Source: a virus
Taxonomy: Duplodnaviria; Caudoviricetes
IMG/VR virus record: IMGVR_UViG_3300006867_000026
Span: 1-39,670 of that record
Length of the DNA: 39,670 nucleotides
Direction: 5' to 3' (one strand)
The position numbers and the translations under genes are program-made. Under the pieces are notes generated by a model. The model was not told where the DNA came from. It did not search any database and was given only the letters and a program-made list of their open reading frames with translations. Below, piece after piece: positions 8,746 through 16,611 of the stretch; position 1 is the first letter of the stretch, and every line of letters begins with the position of its first letter.

Positions 8746-9645
8746 ATGAGTGATCCAGGAAAAAGAATCAAGAATCTCCTTAAAAAGCATGGGCTTAGTG
8801 GAGTGAATAAAGCTAAGCGTACACCTAGTCATCCGACAAAAAAAGGTGTTGTTCTTGCTAAGGTTGGCAATAAGATAAGGCTTATTAGATTCGGTGACCA
8901 GAAGATGGGTCACAACTATTCTAAAGGAGCTCGTAAATCATTTAAAGCACGACACGCTTCTAACATTGCTAAGGGTAAAATGAGCGCTGCTTACTGGGCT
9001 AACAAGCTTTTCTGGGCAGGCTCTGGAGGGAGCAAGAAGTCACCACCAAAATCCCAGAAGAAAAGATTTGAAGACGGCGGAGTGGTAGATCCTCCAAAAA
9101 AAGAGCTTACATACAAAGACCTCGTCAACTACGTGGCAACCGCTAAGAACACAACACCGGAGCAAGTAGAGGAGGCTATGGCTCGTATCATATTCCATGA
9201 ATCTAAGGGAGACCCTACCATCAAGCAAAAAGGCGGTGGTCCGGGTAGAGGTGCTTTTCAGTTTGAGGTAGGTGATGGTCACGGCGGAATTATTGCTGTC
9301 AACCGCGCATATAACCTTATCAGCGGTAAGGATAAGTCTCACCCCGATCTTATGAATTACGCCACTCCAGAATGGATAGAGACCGCATACCCGAGTAAAT
9401 CATTTGATGCTTCTACAGTTTCACTTGAGCAGCAGAAATATTTATTCCTAATGAATCAGCTTGCCCACCCAAAGGCGGACTTAGGAAAGCTATTCAGTGG
9501 TGAAGTTCCGTTGGTAGATTACTGGGCTAATTATCATTGGGCAGGGACGGAAGAGAAACGTGCAGATAGAATAAAATCTTTTGACCTAGACATGAAGGCA
9601 TACGATCAATTAAACATTAAGAAAGATGAACAAGGGGCTGAGTAA
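8746..9645 (+). CDS. Two-domain protein: basic N-terminal domain plus a lysozyme/transglycosylase-like C-terminal domain
   Basis: Start reassigned to MSDPGKR, because the TTG start at 8698 runs through a terminator. The N-domain is Lys-rich (IRFGDQKMGH...RKSFKARH...SAAYWANKLFW). The C-domain has a helix-ES motif (IIFHESKG) and GRGAFQFE, as in lysozyme-fold enzymes. Confidence 0.6.
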   Translation: MSDPGKRIKNLLKKHGLSGVNKAKRTPSHPTKKGVVLAKVGNKIRLIRFGDQKMGHNYSKGARKSFKARHASNIAKGKMSAAYWANKLFWAGSGGSKKSPPKSQKKRFEDGGVVDPPKKELTYKDLVNYVATAKNTTPEQVEEAMARIIFHESKGDPTIKQKGGGPGRGAFQFEVGDGHGGIIAVNRAYNLISGKDKSHPDLMNYATPEWIETAYPSKSFDASTVSLEQQKYLFLMNQLAHPKADLGKLFSGEVPLVDYWANYHWAGTEEKRADRIKSFDLDMKAYDQLNIKKDEQGAE

Positions 9646-10003
9646 ATTAAAGAGCTTGTTTTGGTATTCAGATTCTGAGCCAAACGAAATACTAATTGCA
9701 TTTTGTCACTTGATTGCTCTCCCGGCTTCTTTAGCGGTAGAGTATTCTGAGCCTCACTACCTTCTTATGCTTGGCGGCATAGGTGCTGGTGCGTTTCAAA
9801 TGTGGTCGGTTTTGTGGAACGGATCTCTTAAAATGCGTCTTTATGCAGTACAGATTGCGTCATTAATTGCCATCGCTACAATTATCAATTTATCTAGTGC
9901 AGGACTCATGACGGGCTCAAGAACCGGCTGGGTAGTGATTGGTATCTTTGCTATATGGAACACTGTACGCGTGTTCAAAGAAAAGATAGATAGAGGTGTT
10001 TAA
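9626..10003 (+). CDS. Four-TM membrane protein (paralogue A)
   Basis: Four hydrophobic segments and N-terminal FWYSDSEPNEI. Confidence 0.75.
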   Translation: MNKGLSKLKSLFWYSDSEPNEILIAFCHLIALPASLAVEYSEPHYLLMLGGIGAGAFQMWSVLWNGSLKMRLYAVQIASLIAIATIINLSSAGLMTGSRTGWVVIGIFAIWNTVRVFKEKIDRGV

Positions 10004-10361
10004 ACGTTTACAGCAGGTTTGGAAGTACAGCGACAGTCAGCCGACAGAGATAACTCTCGGTGCGGCACTAATGATTTTGGCCCCGATAGCCACTTGTATG
10101 GAGCTGGGTTTTATGCCTTTCTTTCAGCTCGTTCTAGTAACAGCGGGAGGCTATCAAATTTATTGCGTATCAAAAGGAGATCTGGCTTGTAGAATAAGAG
10201 CTGCTTTCTTTACGTTTGGTCTTTATGCATCGAGCTTGGTAATGTTTTTGATGTCTATAGGCTTGCCTAGCCCCTCTCACTATGGATGGGTGGTTTTGGT
10301 AATATCGTCTTTTGGGAATTTGAGGAGGTTAAAAACAGAACAGCTGCATAGAAATGGATAA
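9996..10361 (+). CDS. Four-TM membrane protein (paralogue B)
   Basis: Four hydrophobic segments and N-terminal WKYSDSQPTEI, aligning with the upstream gene. Confidence 0.75.
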   Translation: MFKRLQQVWKYSDSQPTEITLGAALMILAPIATCMELGFMPFFQLVLVTAGGYQIYCVSKGDLACRIRAAFFTFGLYASSLVMFLMSIGLPSPSHYGWVVLVISSFGNLRRLKTEQLHRNG

Positions 10362-10665
10362 CATTACACAGATAATAATAACGATAGCCACCGTTGCTGG
10401 GTCGGCTGGTATATGGAAGTTTTTCGAGTCTAGATTAAAGGTTAGAGCTCAAGAAAAAAAAGACGCTTTAGAAAACAACGATGGGGTGCAATATAGAGAT
10501 GATCTAAAGAATAGAGTTCGTAACTTAGAGGCGTTGTTAGCGCAATCGTCTGATGAGAAAGATGAGCTGAGAAACCAGGTGCTACAATTAACGCAAGAAG
10601 TTTCTGCACTTCGTGTAAAAGTTGAGTATCTTGAAAAAGAAAATGACCGATTAAAGAATAAGTAA
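10354..10665 (+). CDS. Single-TM plus coiled-coil protein (holin/antiholin-like)
   Basis: N-terminal TM (IIITIATVAGSAGIWKF) followed by a long heptad-repeat region. Confidence 0.65.
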   Translation: MDNITQIIITIATVAGSAGIWKFFESRLKVRAQEKKDALENNDGVQYRDDLKNRVRNLEALLAQSSDEKDELRNQVLQLTQEVSALRVKVEYLEKENDRLKNK

Positions 10666-10847
10666 TGAAGCACTTGAAAGTATTTTGTAGCTGGGTAAAG
10701 GAGACGGGGTCTCGCCTTTGGGCCTACTTATTAGGTCAAACTGAATTAGACGAAAAGATTACGGCAGCCGTAGATGAAACGCAGCGTAGAGTAGCTAACG
10801 TTGTGGAGGAAGCTAAGGATGTTGTAGACGCCGCTAAAGGCAAATAA
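10665..10847 (+). CDS. Small amphipathic hypothetical protein (60 aa)
   Basis: Coupled to the upstream gene by TAATG; helical composition. Confidence 0.6.
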   Translation: MKHLKVFCSWVKETGSRLWAYLLGQTELDEKITAAVDETQRRVANVVEEAKDVVDAAKGK

Positions 10848-10886
10848 CTATCCATTTTTTTATTAACCATTTTAACTCATAACACT

Positions 10887-10991
10887 ATGGGACAAGACTC
10901 TTTTGCTTCATGGGTAAACGATTTAGAAACCGCTGAACAGCCAACGTGCAACATTTCCAACCCAGAGGAGTGTGAAGCGTGTGGATCGTAA
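10887..10991 (+). CDS. 34-aa acidic Cys peptide resembling the C-terminal CxxC tail of class I ribonucleotide reductase alpha
   Basis: Read by hand, as it is below the ORF-track cutoff: MGQDSFASWVNDLETAEQPTCNISNPEECEACGS*. AT-rich leader. Confidence 0.65.
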   Translation: MGQDSFASWVNDLETAEQPTCNISNPEECEACGS

Positions 10992-11047
10992 GTGGTGCTC
11001 GGTAGAACCCAAGGAGTGCGAGTGTGCAAAAAGAAATATCTGTTGCG

Positions 11048-11221
11048 ATGAAAGTTCAAAGAAAGCAAAACCCAAAAAAGGAAGTAAGCGTCAAAGCACC
11101 TAGCGGTTATCACTGGATGACCAAAAAAGGACGTTATTACTTGATGCCTCATGAGGGAAAATTTAAGGAGCACGAAGGTGCTTCACTAGAAGTTCCGTTT
11201 AAGGTAATCACACAGCACTAA
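11048..11221 (+). CDS. Small basic hypothetical protein
   Basis: MKVQRKQ...APSGYHWM...YYLMPH. ATG at 11048 or GTG at 11024. A terminator follows immediately. Confidence 0.6.
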   Translation: MKVQRKQNPKKEVSVKAPSGYHWMTKKGRYYLMPHEGKFKEHEGASLEVPFKVITQH

Positions 11222-11223
11222 AA

Positions 11224-11255
11224 GAAGCCTCCCAGATTGGGGGGCTTTTCTTTTT
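11224..11255 (+). terminator. Rho-independent terminator
   Basis: AAGCCTCCCA-GAT-TGGGGGGCTT stem followed by a T-tract. Confidence 0.75.
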
Positions 11256-11263
11256 TATCTTTG
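11256..11263 (+). promoter_or_regulatory. Bacteroidota -7 promoter box
   Basis: TATCTTTG fused to the terminator T-tract, upstream of the ATG at 11291. Confidence 0.65.
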
Positions 11264-11290
11264 TGATGTTACGTAACAAATGACATAATT

Positions 11291-11914
11291 ATGAAAATTG
11301 GAAAAAAAGAATACGGCGGTGGCGGTGCAATGAAAGAGATGTACGTTAGCGGCGGGATGCTAAAGGCTCTACTAAAAGACCCTAAGCAAGCAGAGATGGC
11401 TAGATCAATTCTAGCTGAGATGGGCGCGAAGATCCCGGAATACGAAGAAGGCGGCGCAACTGGTGACCCAGAAAAAGAAGGTAAGGGCAAAATGATAAAA
11501 GGTAACCCGGGAGAAATCCGTACCCAAGACCTTACCTCCCAAGAACAGAAATTTCTAGGCTTGCTTGATGATACAAACATGAGAGGCGGCAAGTACGAAA
11601 ACTTCTACAATATGAACATGTATTCCGCTACCCCTGCAGAGGCTTATAAGTTCTACCAAGTAGATGCTGCGATTAAGCTTTTGAAAGACAAAGCCGGTAT
11701 AACTGTTCACAGTAGCACAGACCCGGATAAGGTTTTGCAAATGGCTAAAACGAAAGACGTGCTGCAAGATGCTAATATATCAGCCAAGGAGATGTTTATG
11801 GATTGGTCTGACGATAGAAAGAAAAATCCTAAAAACTATCAAGCTAGTTATGCAGGTGTTGGTGGGGCGACACGAAAAAAGGATGCAGATGGTAATCCAA
11901 TAATGCTACAGTAA
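11291..11914 (+). CDS. Hypothetical protein with three YxxGG motifs (candidate internal virion protein)
   Basis: YGGGG, YVSGG and YEEGG in the first 55 aa. Lys/Met-rich. Confidence 0.7.
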   Translation: MKIGKKEYGGGGAMKEMYVSGGMLKALLKDPKQAEMARSILAEMGAKIPEYEEGGATGDPEKEGKGKMIKGNPGEIRTQDLTSQEQKFLGLLDDTNMRGGKYENFYNMNMYSATPAEAYKFYQVDAAIKLLKDKAGITVHSSTDPDKVLQMAKTKDVLQDANISAKEMFMDWSDDRKKNPKNYQASYAGVGGATRKKDADGNPIMLQ

Positions 11915-11915
11915 T

Positions 11916-11947
11916 AAAGAAAGGGGGTCCGAATGGGCCCCCTTTTT
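11916..11947. terminator. Bidirectional intrinsic terminator
   Basis: AAGGGGGTCC-GAAT-GGGCCCCCTT with an A-tract upstream and a T-tract downstream, between convergent genes. Confidence 0.8.
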
Positions 11948-11989
11948 GATTGCAACAAACCAAAAAAACCTAACACCACAGTGCCGCAA

Positions 11990-12313
11990 TCAATTTTTGT
12001 ATACCCGGATAAACGGATCTTTAATCTCATCGTCTTCGTCGGGTACTACTAGTCTAACCTTGAAAGGAGTACCTTCGATTCTGTAGACCACCGCATTCGT
12101 GAATCTGTTTACTCTGTGCTCAACAAACACCAGATTGTCAATCTTATCGATAGCATTAATCTGGTATGTGTATACACATGTATCATTAGTTCCAAATAGT
12201 TCAGTGACTTCAATCTCTTGCTCTACGTCTGCAGGCAGGATGTCTAAGATTGATACTTGAGCTTGAGTTTGTGTTGCGAATAAAACCGCTAACACCAGAA
12301 TTACATTCTTCAT
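11990..12313 (-). CDS. Secreted/periplasmic protein with a Sec signal peptide (107 aa)
   Basis: MKNVILVLAVLFATQTQA/Q fits a signal peptidase I signal with Gln at +1, as is common in Bacteroidota exported proteins. It is the only credible - strand gene in the virion arm. Confidence 0.75.
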   Translation of the reverse strand: MKNVILVLAVLFATQTQAQVSILDILPADVEQEIEVTELFGTNDTCVYTYQINAIDKIDNLVFVEHRVNRFTNAVVYRIEGTPFKVRLVVPDEDDEIKDPFIRVYKN

Positions 12314-12401
12314 AAGGCATATGTTTTAAGTTTAACTGGTAACAAGTTATTAACTTCTATTCACAATTGCAACCCCCCAGCAAAAAAAATGTTTTATTAT
12401 C

Positions 12402-12409
12402 TATCTTTG
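12402..12409 (+). promoter_or_regulatory. Bacteroidota -7 promoter box for the head operon
   Basis: TATCTTTG, 27 nt upstream of the scaffold ATG. Confidence 0.65.
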
Positions 12410-12436
12410 TGTATAATTTATTGAAAATCAATTCAT

Positions 12437-13543
12437 ATGGCAAGTTCAGTTCAATCATCACTAGAAGCAGCGGCTTCTGCAATGGGTATCGAAATTAGCG
12501 ATACTCCGGAATTTGAAAGCGATTCTTCACCAGCACCAGAGCAATCTACCGCTACTGAAGAACCACAACAACCAGTAAGCGAGCCAGTGGCTCAACCTGC
12601 TGAAGATATTACACCGGAAGCTGAACCGGTACAAATGCAGCAAAGTTCTTCGACAGAAGATGACGACATTGATATAGACGCTACGTTCTTAGAGTATCTT
12701 AATGAAAAGATGGATACGAAGTTCGGCTCTTGGGATGACGTTAACTTCGGGAATGAAACTCAAGCTCAAGAAGAGATTCTTTTGCCAGAGAGTGTTAAGG
12801 TTATTGCAGACTTTGTTGAGAAAACGGGTCGTAGTCCAGAAGACTGGTTTCGCTACCAATCACTTAATCCGTCCGAAATGGACGATATGTCGGTGGTGCG
12901 ATTAGAATTGGCAAGTGATTTCCCTAACCTTTCTAATGATGAGATCAACCTCCTTCTAGAGAAGAAGTATAAGGTGGATGAGGATATGTACGATGAACAA
13001 GATGTCTCATACTCTAAGCTTCAACTCAAGATAGATGCTGATAAGGCCAGAACCAAAATCAACGATGTCCGAAATGGATATATGTTGCCGGTAGAAAAGC
13101 CTGCCTCTTCAGAAGAGATTCAAAGTCCTATAGATGACCAGTGGGTAAATACCATGTCTGGCGTAGTTGACAACATGTCCTCTTTAGATTTCGATCTAGG
13201 AAAGGGCAATGAGTTTAAATACGCTATAGATGATAATTACCGCTCAGCTCTAAAGGATAAGAACGCTCGACTTGATGAGTTTTTTGATCAATACGTTGAT
13301 GACTCTGGTCAGTGGGATCATGAGACATTAAGTGCACACCGTACTATCATTGATAATATTGACAGTATTGTTCAGTCTGCATACCGACAAGGTTTGGGGG
13401 ATGGACAAAAAAATATTGTTACGCGTGCAGCTAATGTTGATGCCTCTAACCCGGTTCAGCAAACTAAAGATCGCAACCCAGTTGAAGAGCAGATTGTTAA
13501 CGCACTCTTAGGAGGTGGAGACAGTTTGATGAGATTTAAATAA
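12437..13543 (+). CDS. Putative capsid scaffolding protein
   Basis: Acidic Pro/Glu-rich disordered N-terminus and helical remainder, directly upstream of the major capsid gene. Confidence 0.65.
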   Translation: MASSVQSSLEAAASAMGIEISDTPEFESDSSPAPEQSTATEEPQQPVSEPVAQPAEDITPEAEPVQMQQSSSTEDDDIDIDATFLEYLNEKMDTKFGSWDDVNFGNETQAQEEILLPESVKVIADFVEKTGRSPEDWFRYQSLNPSEMDDMSVVRLELASDFPNLSNDEINLLLEKKYKVDEDMYDEQDVSYSKLQLKIDADKARTKINDVRNGYMLPVEKPASSEEIQSPIDDQWVNTMSGVVDNMSSLDFDLGKGNEFKYAIDDNYRSALKDKNARLDEFFDQYVDDSGQWDHETLSAHRTIIDNIDSIVQSAYRQGLGDGQKNIVTRAANVDASNPVQQTKDRNPVEEQIVNALLGGGDSLMRFK

Positions 13544-13563
13544 TAACGCCTAAATAAAGTATT

Positions 13564-14928
13564 ATGGCTTTTGGAATTACTGGGGCATATAGCGATGCTG
13601 ATAGCCCATCACAAGGAGTAGTACGCCGCGCAACGATTGATAAATACAGCGCGCTAGGAGACTACATCGATGAAATCAACAAACCGGATAACCGTGAGTT
13701 GTTGGTAAAGACATTCGGTGATCAAGGTATCACCGGTTTCTTGAAATTAACTGGAGCTGTTAAGGCTGCAGGTACTAACGATCAAGTACAATGGTGGGAA
13801 GAAACTCGTTTACACCCAATCCAGTCTTACACTGTTGCTGGTTCTGCAATCACTGCAGCAAAGTCTCAGACTGTAACACTAGGTTCTAACGACACTTATG
13901 TTCGTGTAGGAGATATCGTATTGTTGGCTGGTGGTGAGCGTGCTTACGTTTCTGCTGTAACAGCTGGTACGTCTTTCGTAATCAAGAACTTGTTAGACGC
14001 TAACTTACCACAAATCGCTATCGGTTCTGGTAAAATAGCTATCGTTGGTAACTTGTACGCACAAGGTACTGACCAGCCAGGTGAGTTCTTCGAGAGCAAC
14101 GTTACTAAGCGTACAAACGACTACATGATCTTGAAAGAGACTTACAAAGTTTCTGGTTCTCAAGCAACCAACATTGGTTGGATTAACTTGGGTAACGGGG
14201 ATTACCGTTGGTACTTGAAAAACGAAGGCGACACTCGTCAGCGTTTCATGGACAAGCGTGAAATGATGATGTTGTTGGGTCAGAAAGTAACTTCTACAGA
14301 TTCTGCATTGAGCGGTATCTCTGGTTCTGAAGGTTACTTCGCTGCTATCGCTGACCGTGGTATCAACGTATCTGGTGGTGCTATGACTGCATTGAGCGAT
14401 TTCGATTCTTTGATTAAAGAATTCGACAAGCAAGGTGCTAACGCTGAGTACGCTCTATACGTAAACCGCGACCAAGACTTGGCTATCGACGACATGTTGG
14501 CTGCTGCAGGTCACACTGCTGCTGGTGGTACTACTACTGGTTTGGCTGCTAACTTCGGTGCATTCAACAACGATTCAGACATGGCTGTACAGCTAGGTTT
14601 CAAATCATTCACTCGTGGTGGATACACTTTCCACAAGCACGACTGGAAATTGTTGAACGACCCACAGTTGTTAGGAGACGCAAAAGAGTTCGTTGGTGCT
14701 GCTATTCCACTATCTACAGTAGTAGATGCTAAGAGTGGTGATCGCAACCCATCGTTGGAATTGAACTACAAAGCTTCTAACGGTTACAGCCGTGAGATGG
14801 AGCACTGGATTACTGGTTCTGTGTTAGGTGCTAACACTGACGGTAATGACTTCGCTCAGTTCAACTACCGCTCTGAGGTATGTTTGGTAACGCGTGGTGC
14901 TAACCGTCACGCTTTGATTTCTAAGTAA
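13564..14928 (+). CDS. Major capsid protein
   Basis: 454 aa, after the scaffold and before a strong terminator. Visibly biased codon usage (ggt/gct/aac/ttc) suggests high expression. Motifs QWWEETRLH, YAQGT, SEGYFAAI and C-terminal YRSEVCLVTRGAN resemble Bacteroidota podophage capsids. Confidence 0.8.
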   Translation: MAFGITGAYSDADSPSQGVVRRATIDKYSALGDYIDEINKPDNRELLVKTFGDQGITGFLKLTGAVKAAGTNDQVQWWEETRLHPIQSYTVAGSAITAAKSQTVTLGSNDTYVRVGDIVLLAGGERAYVSAVTAGTSFVIKNLLDANLPQIAIGSGKIAIVGNLYAQGTDQPGEFFESNVTKRTNDYMILKETYKVSGSQATNIGWINLGNGDYRWYLKNEGDTRQRFMDKREMMMLLGQKVTSTDSALSGISGSEGYFAAIADRGINVSGGAMTALSDFDSLIKEFDKQGANAEYALYVNRDQDLAIDDMLAAAGHTAAGGTTTGLAANFGAFNNDSDMAVQLGFKSFTRGGYTFHKHDWKLLNDPQLLGDAKEFVGAAIPLSTVVDAKSGDRNPSLELNYKASNGYSREMEHWITGSVLGANTDGNDFAQFNYRSEVCLVTRGANRHALISK

Positions 14929-14942
14929 TCAATCTGATATGG

Positions 14943-14979
14943 GGGGAGGCTTCGGTCTCCCCTTTATATCTTTTTTTTT
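14943..14979 (+). terminator. Rho-independent terminator with a cUUCGg tetraloop
   Basis: GGGGAGGC-TTCG-GTCTCCCC followed by a T-rich tract. Confidence 0.85.
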
Positions 14980-15001
14980 AATTCAATTAAATACTACTAA
15001 A

Positions 15002-15784
15002 ATGGCATCAGCTACAGTAAAAAAGGCTGCACCTAAAGGCCGTAAGGCAGGCAGCGAAAAAGAATCCTTTGAGAAAAAGGATCGCATTTATACAGTCATC
15101 AGCGGAGGAGGGATTGTTTATTCTCTACCGCAAACCGGAGTAACGGTGTATGACGAATCTACCAACTCTGTTCGTGAGTTGCGTTATTGTCCAAACGAGC
15201 GTTCTGTCTGGAGAGACGAACAAAGTCAATTTGCAAAGAGAGAGCATATCATGTTTTATGATAGCCTTCTTTATGTGCCTTACACAAAGCCCAATCTAAT
15301 TCTATACCTTGATTTACACCCGGGTAATGTTGCAAATGGGGGTAACCGATTTGAGATGGTGGACAATGAGAAGACAGCAGAAGAGCAACTAAGCCAAGAA
15401 TTCCAGGTGTTAGATGCAGTTAATGCTGTTCGTGATAAATCTATCGATGAGCTTGTGCCTATCGCTTTGTTCTACAACATTAATGTAGACCGTCCTGCAA
15501 GTGAGATTCGTTTTGATTTGTTACAGCAGGCCAGATCTAATCCATCTGGATTCCTACAAAGTTTTGATAACCCAATGGTTACGGTACGCGCTACAGTGAA
15601 GAAAGCTGAGATGTATCAAATCATTAAGACTGACCCTACTGGTGCATACTGGTTTGATAGCAGTAAGCTCATCTTATCGACACCAGCTGGTCAAGATACG
15701 GTAGACGTGATGACTCGTTTCTGTATGACAGACAAAGGCGCATTGGTGCTTAGTGAGTTAGAGCAGAAGACTGGTAACTTATAA
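15002..15784 (+). CDS. Hypothetical protein downstream of the capsid gene
   Basis: Start reassigned to MASATVKK at 15002, because the 14939 start overlaps the terminator. A-rich leader. Confidence 0.75.
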   Translation: MASATVKKAAPKGRKAGSEKESFEKKDRIYTVISGGGIVYSLPQTGVTVYDESTNSVRELRYCPNERSVWRDEQSQFAKREHIMFYDSLLYVPYTKPNLILYLDLHPGNVANGGNRFEMVDNEKTAEEQLSQEFQVLDAVNAVRDKSIDELVPIALFYNINVDRPASEIRFDLLQQARSNPSGFLQSFDNPMVTVRATVKKAEMYQIIKTDPTGAYWFDSSKLILSTPAGQDTVDVMTRFCMTDKGALVLSELEQKTGNL

Positions 15785-15814
15785 GTTACTACTACCTAGA
15801 AAGTTAATGTAGTG

Positions 15815-15842
15815 AGGGGCGGGAAACCGCCCCTTTCTTTTT
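15815..15842 (+). terminator. Rho-independent terminator
   Basis: AGGGGCGG-GAAA-CCGCCCCT followed by a T-tract. Confidence 0.85.
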
Positions 15843-15844
15843 GG

Positions 15845-15852
15845 TATATTTG
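15845..15852 (+). promoter_or_regulatory. Bacteroidota -7 promoter box for the tail operon
   Basis: TATATTTG right after the terminator, upstream of the ATG at 15874. Confidence 0.65.
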
Positions 15853-15873
15853 TAGGTATCTAAAAGTAATAAA

Positions 15874-16611
15874 ATGGCTAGTGTTAATACGGTATATAAC
15901 ACCCTAAAAGACCTTGCTAATAAAGAGCAAAAGGGTTTTGTGACGCCATCTGTGTTCAACAACTTTGCTCAAATAGCGCAGGTGAACGTGTTCAAGGGAA
16001 TGCTTGATAAGATTGTTGCGAGCAAAAGACTGCGTTTGCGTCAAGCAGACGGCAGCCGACATATGTCTGTTGAAAATCAAATCAAGGAAGATCTTTCTTC
16101 TTTATCAAAAACAACAACCTTGTCAAAATCTAATGGTGTGTTTACCAAGCCAGACGACTTTGCATATTTAATATCAATGACCTCCGGGGGAACAATCTTG
16201 TTAGGCCAGAGTACGCGTGTAAACGTTGAGGTGTTGTACGATGAATCTAAGATTGACTATATCTTAAAGAGCGACTTGTCTGCACCCAGTGAATCACATC
16301 CTATTGGTTTGATATCTGACGACATCGAGGTTTTCCCTAGCAGCATAAGCCGACTAAGACTTACATACTACAAATACCCAGAAGGGCTTAGCCCCACAAC
16401 TGGCGCAAGAACCGCTAGTCTTCCGTCATTCGGATACACTACATCAAACGGTGTACATGTTTATGACGCTAGCACTAGTGTAGACTTTGAACTGCCGGAC
16501 CACTATGTTCCCGAATTGGTAACTCAGATAGCAATGCTTATCGGTATTAATTTGAGAGACCAAGATGTGTTCACGTATGCTAGCCAGGAGGATATTAAAA
16601 ACAAACAATAA
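15874..16611 (+). CDS. Putative head-tail adaptor / tail ring protein
   Basis: Position and size; motifs LANKEQKGFVTPSVFN, KPDDF, YYKYP and DFELPDHY resemble podophage tubular/ring proteins. Confidence 0.6.
   Translation: MASVNTVYNTLKDLANKEQKGFVTPSVFNNFAQIAQVNVFKGMLDKIVASKRLRLRQADGSRHMSVENQIKEDLSSLSKTTTLSKSNGVFTKPDDFAYLISMTSGGTILLGQSTRVNVEVLYDESKIDYILKSDLSAPSESHPIGLISDDIEVFPSSISRLRLTYYKYPEGLSPTTGARTASLPSFGYTTSNGVHVYDASTSVDFELPDHYVPELVTQIAMLIGINLRDQDVFTYASQEDIKNKQ

Noticed and set aside
11914-12437. Expected portal and terminase genes upstream of the scaffold
   Set aside because: No ORF of suitable size or motif is present. They presumably lie outside the window, so nothing was called.
14939-15001. 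N-terminal extension MGGGFGLPFISFFLIQ on the post-capsid gene
   Set aside because: It overlaps the capsid terminator. The ATG at 15002 has the typical A-rich leader.
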